Of a DNA stretch of 51,416 nucleotides, positions 49,301 to 51,416 are shown piece after piece. The position numbers and the translations under genes are program-made. Where the stretch lies: positions 1-51,416 of the forward strand of contig JBBTRU010000001.1 in assembly GCA_038065015.1 (NCBI GenBank), read 5' to 3'. The stretch comes from Patescibacteria group bacterium. GTDB taxonomy: Bacteria > Patescibacteriota > Patescibacteriia > PEXW01. The notes under the pieces are model-generated. The model worked only from the letters and a program-made list of their open reading frames with translations, was not told the DNA's origin and ran no database searches. Position 1 is the first letter of the stretch, and each line of letters begins with the position of its first letter.

Positions 49301-51416
49301 CGGTCCCTTTCATCACACTACCGGCTGACGCAATGGAAACATTCTTCGCAACATTCACATTCGGGTCGTTCGTATCAATATCCAGCGCCCCGTCGGTGAG
49401 TGTGAGGTTGCCAGCCACAATCAAATTGCCAGAGATAATACAATCATCGTTGCTTGTGCCGGCATTCTTACATTCGAAGTTATAGAAAGTCTGGCCGTTG
49501 GTAATTATAGTCTCGTGGGCATTCGTGGCGGCCGTGCTATTCATGAACACCGTCGAGTTCGTGTACGCCGTAAGCGTACCCGACATGGTCCAGTTGCCGC
49601 CCACGTCCATAATGGTGCCGTCACCTTCGTTACTCCCGCCGCTGTCCGTTAGGTCGAGCGTACAGGTACCCTGGCAATCTACGTGGTGGGTTACCGTCAC
49701 GTCGTAGCCCTTGGTATTCAAGGTGTCGGTGGTGTGAATGTTTAAGTTCTCGACGCTGGTATCGCTCGAAAGCGTCACCGTGCTGGGGCTTTGGCCAATT
49801 TGCAGGGTGCCCAGATTCTGCTTAGTTGCATTCGAGTCCGTGTAGGTCATGGTCGTTCCATCCAGGATGAAGACACCCGAGCCGCTGGCTTTGGTAAACG
49901 TGCCGCCGCTAGCAATGCTCACCGTAGCGCCTGTAAGAACGACGTTCACATTGGCGCCTTGCTGGAAAGTGGCACCGTTGGCAATGGAGTAGGCACCATC
50001 TGCTTGCATGGCAGTGGAGTTCGTCACCGTGCCCGTGCCCGAAACCGCAACGGCGTTGAACGACGAGCTGCCGTTGAGCGTGCCGGAGAGCGTCTGCGTG
50101 CCGGTACCGTTGAAAGTTACCGTACCGCTGCTGTGCGTGAACGTCCCGTTGTTGGTGTAATCGCCCTTAAGGTTAAGCGCGCCGCTACTAGGCGCAGTGA
50201 GGGTATTCCCCGTGCCAATGGTGGTTGCCCCACCGACCGTAAAGGTCGGGTTGTTCGTAACCATATCTATAGTGACTGTTCCGGTGCTCGTTTTGGTCAG
50301 GCTCAAGGCACCACTTAAGGTCACCGTTCCCAAGTTTACCGTCAGGGTGCGATTGGTAGCGCCGGTGTTGTACGCTTCTACATCCCCGTAGTCTGCCCGT
50401 GCGCTCAAAGTCTGCGCCGCATTGGTCATGTCCATGCGCAAGATGAGCACGGCGGCAAGCGTACCCGAAGTTGGGAATGCCGTGCCGCTCTGGTACGTGA
50501 GCCGGCCCGGACCGTTGAGCGTACCGCTAAGGGTGAGCGTGGCACCGGTGTGCGTAAGGGTGCGCCCGCTATTTATGGTGAGTGCATCACTGGCCGCAAT
50601 ATCCAACGTGTTTGAAACTATAAGATCGGAAGTTTGCAAAGTAATAGTACCGGCCGAGCTGGGATTAATGGTGAGGCTATTGAGCGTGAACCCGCCTCCG
50701 GTAATATTGTTGGACGTGCCGGTCATCGTCACCGTGGACGTGCCCGGGGTCACGGTACCGCCGAGCACGAGGTTGCCGTTCACAGTGTGCGTGGCATTGG
50801 CCAGGGTAATGGTTCCGGAGAGCGTGAGATTTTGCAGGGTTTTACCAGCACTCGTTAAAGTCTTGCCCGCACCGTTCATGACCAGCGTATTCCCGGCTGC
50901 CGCGGTCAGGGCCCAACAATTGGTCATCGTAAAGTCCCCCCCAATGGTCCAGGTGTTCGTGCCGGTAATAACTGTTGCCCCGTTCTCTATAGGAATGGTG
51001 CAGGAAAAATTTCCTAACGCTGTGAAAGGCAAATTATTCGTGGCCCCGGTGAGTATGGGGTCAATACTAACATTCCCAACGGTCACGTTCCCGTCCGCGT
51101 AGAACTCGCCCAGCGTATAGGTGGGAATACCAAGCCCCGTCGGGTTGAAGGTGACGTGGTGGTAGTAGTTGCTCGCCGAGGTGGTCGTCCCCACGGTGGC
51201 ACTCGTAATGTTACTGTAGTTGAACGTGGACGTACTACCCGTGAGCCGGCCATTGTTCACAAATGGCGCACCCGTGGCCTTGAGCTGCCAGGTCTTGCTG
51301 CCCGCATTGAGGTACGTGTAGTACGTGGCATCCGTCGTGGTGGTGAGCACGCCGTTAATGGTCATGCCCCCGACACCCAAGGCTGTGGTCGTCTTATCCG
51401 CGCCAGCACCGGTAAT
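46335..51416 (-). CDS. Giant T/G/N/S-rich beta-helix-type surface protein with WxL-like C-terminal domain (5' end beyond right edge)
   Basis: The frame is open from the stop at 46335 to the last base of the window; upstream of the track's TTG 'M' it reads ITGAGADKTTTA in frame, so >1,693 aa. Degenerate ~20-25 aa G-x-T-[LV]-T/N-x-G repeats run throughout. Two longer modules end in W-x-[IV]-N..V-[TS]-Y-x-x-V-x-D-S-N. The C-terminal 170 aa (LTFVINDVAVGFGTL..FEGYALSYNGANL..GAYSTAVTYIVTGTF) are shared with ORF 44729..45880. Confidence 0.7.
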   Translation of the reverse strand: MTGAGADKTTTALGVGGMTINGVLTTTTDATYYTYLNAGSKTWQLKATGAPFVNNGRLTGSTSTFNYSNITSATVGTTTSASNYYHHVTFNPTGLGIPTYTLGEFYADGNVTVGNVSIDPILTGATNNLPFTALGNFSCTIPIENGATVITGTNTWTIGGDFTMTNCWALTAAAGNTLVMNGAGKTLTSAGKTLQNLTLSGTITLANATHTVNGNLVLGGTVTPGTSTVTMTGTSNNITGGGFTLNSLTINPSSAGTITLQTSDLIVSNTLDIAASDALTINSGRTLTHTGATLTLSGTLNGPGRLTYQSGTAFPTSGTLAAVLILRMDMTNAAQTLSARADYGDVEAYNTGATNRTLTVNLGTVTLSGALSLTKTSTGTVTIDMVTNNPTFTVGGATTIGTGNTLTAPSSGALNLKGDYTNNGTFTHSSGTVTFNGTGTQTLSGTLNGSSSFNAVAVSGTGTVTNSTAMQADGAYSIANGATFQQGANVNVVLTGATVSIASGGTFTKASGSGVFILDGTTMTYTDSNATKQNLGTLQIGQSPSTVTLSSDTSVENLNIHTTDTLNTKGYDVTVTHHVDCQGTCTLDLTDSGGSNEGDGTIMDVGGNWTMSGTLTAYTNSTVFMNSTAATNAHETIITNGQTFYNFECKNAGTSNDDCIISGNLIVAGNLTLTDGALDIDTNDPNVNVAKNVSIASAGSVMKGTGTWTFDGTTAATYTDSTGTPQNIGTVVFNKTSGVGANDKVTLASSMTGDSADIQTGDTLDLASSGYTLMLAKAGATATVFTVTGTLTPNSNSTVKYTATNSGGNVNVATTTYNNLEVAGAETYDLSGDLTGSNGVGGNVTIGASATLDAKSGSNYNLDVAGNWANSGGFTARSGTVTFDGADASTQLLSGSTTFNNFNASTSANAAGRTLRFTASTTQTVSGTWTITGFSGKKITLESSSSPTQWTINPTAAAVTYVQVSDSNNTGAAFCATFSTETGGGNTNWSVSAGATCGITISGTCDAYDQSTDCTDVGTVKVAVNGSVQAQEDTSIAGTWDISGVSVTSGQIVTIWIDAAATMADRAGAVAKYDGTGDITGVTLFKEHFTIGSVDDQTLTNADIGQYDNSVASGDDDVFWEVSAGNDLTVDTEVQSSQEELYVASGDTFRPASAGGADVTTNHVENVGVWTADANAISVGGNWLNSNTFTYDTSTATFTATDTGHTINNGASNFYNVTFNGSGGAWSPLTNTLTVTNDLIMTAGTFNTAAGTANVTVNGNVQCLTTCGTITMNSAGTNTFTQSVSASKSFGTNVAVGTNWTFYNLTFTASSGTPTITFNATGTGQTIVANTLSTTNGGTSLIVDNETNDRIIDVNGAVTIGAGTTLQASSTAAFNVAGNWTNNGDFTDGSGTVTLDGGSQQTVDGQLTGANDRFNNLIITNASGSDPVTSPSVIFAAALDTASTFNASTASTKLRFLAGGTYTLQNLTLNGQATGTRVALRSSTGGTQWNVNVAGTRAVTYTEVKDSNACGQAPDIDASDGTSHDIGGNDCWNIHTLTFVINDVAVGFGTLSSTAATWANAGATGSASAVAAHTLAITTSAFEGYALSYNGANLVGPETITAATFTGDADGTPNSKQFALAITTNGSGTIPSANQQASNNYSFVPSTTTPLLSKATATPTTETASVYYICNIAATTLPGAYSTAVTYIVTGTF

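Noticed and set aside
51361-51416. One-base discrepancy between the printed line numbering near the right end and the ORF-track coordinates or the stated window length.
   Set aside because: This is a formatting or hand-counting issue, not biology. The ORF-track frame was confirmed (stop at 46335, frame open to the last base). All hand-derived coordinates reported lie left of 46335, where printed numbering and the ORF track agree.

Overview
This window is 51.4 kb of a high-GC bacterial chromosome. Every supported gene except one (LysM/M23 peptidase, 31338..32543) is on the minus strand. It falls into three blocks.

(i) 1..23626 is one tightly packed 13-gene operon (gaps <=34 nt, several start/stop overlaps) encoding a type IV secretion (T4SS)-like apparatus. 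It has two VirB2/TrbC-like pilin-domain proteins with large Cys-rich extensions, a PrgI/VirB3-like protein, a VirB4 ATPase apparently split into two ORFs, a VirB6/TrbL-like polytopic protein with a ~900 aa coiled-coil tail, and a candidate VirB8 analogue. The same operon carries a DsbA-like oxidoreductase, a TolB-like propeller, a TSP3-repeat protein and a 3,045-3,069 aa Cys-rich giant protein with CBM-like modules and an internal dockerin. No coupling protein, relaxase, VirB11 or integrase is in the window.

(ii) 24045..38122 is housekeeping: rsmA, tsaC-family, leuS, comM/yifB, lspA, a DksA/TraR-type protein, a histidine kinase plus REC-REC regulator, an MFS transporter and a DUF559 protein.

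(iii) 38410..51416 is a surface-display locus. It has three membrane-anchored cohesin paralogues, a dockerin protein, a DUF916/CscA-like protein, and two proteins sharing a WxL-like C-terminal domain (383 aa, and a >1,693 aa beta-helix giant cut by the right edge).

At least three families of short GC-rich palindromic repeats are scattered through the window. Some copies sit in frame inside leuS and inside one T4SS-operon ORF.

Gene content and style (Asn-rich linkers after TM anchors, the PrgI/VirB4/pilin set, cohesins, giant proteins) suggest a Patescibacteria/CPR-type organism; this is inference only. I could not support any rRNA, tRNA, CRISPR array, transposase or integrase.

Caveats: 'M' in the ORF track can be GTG or TTG. 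Several starts were moved to internal ATGs that remove overlaps. Hand-counted coordinates of non-CDS features are +/-2 nt.
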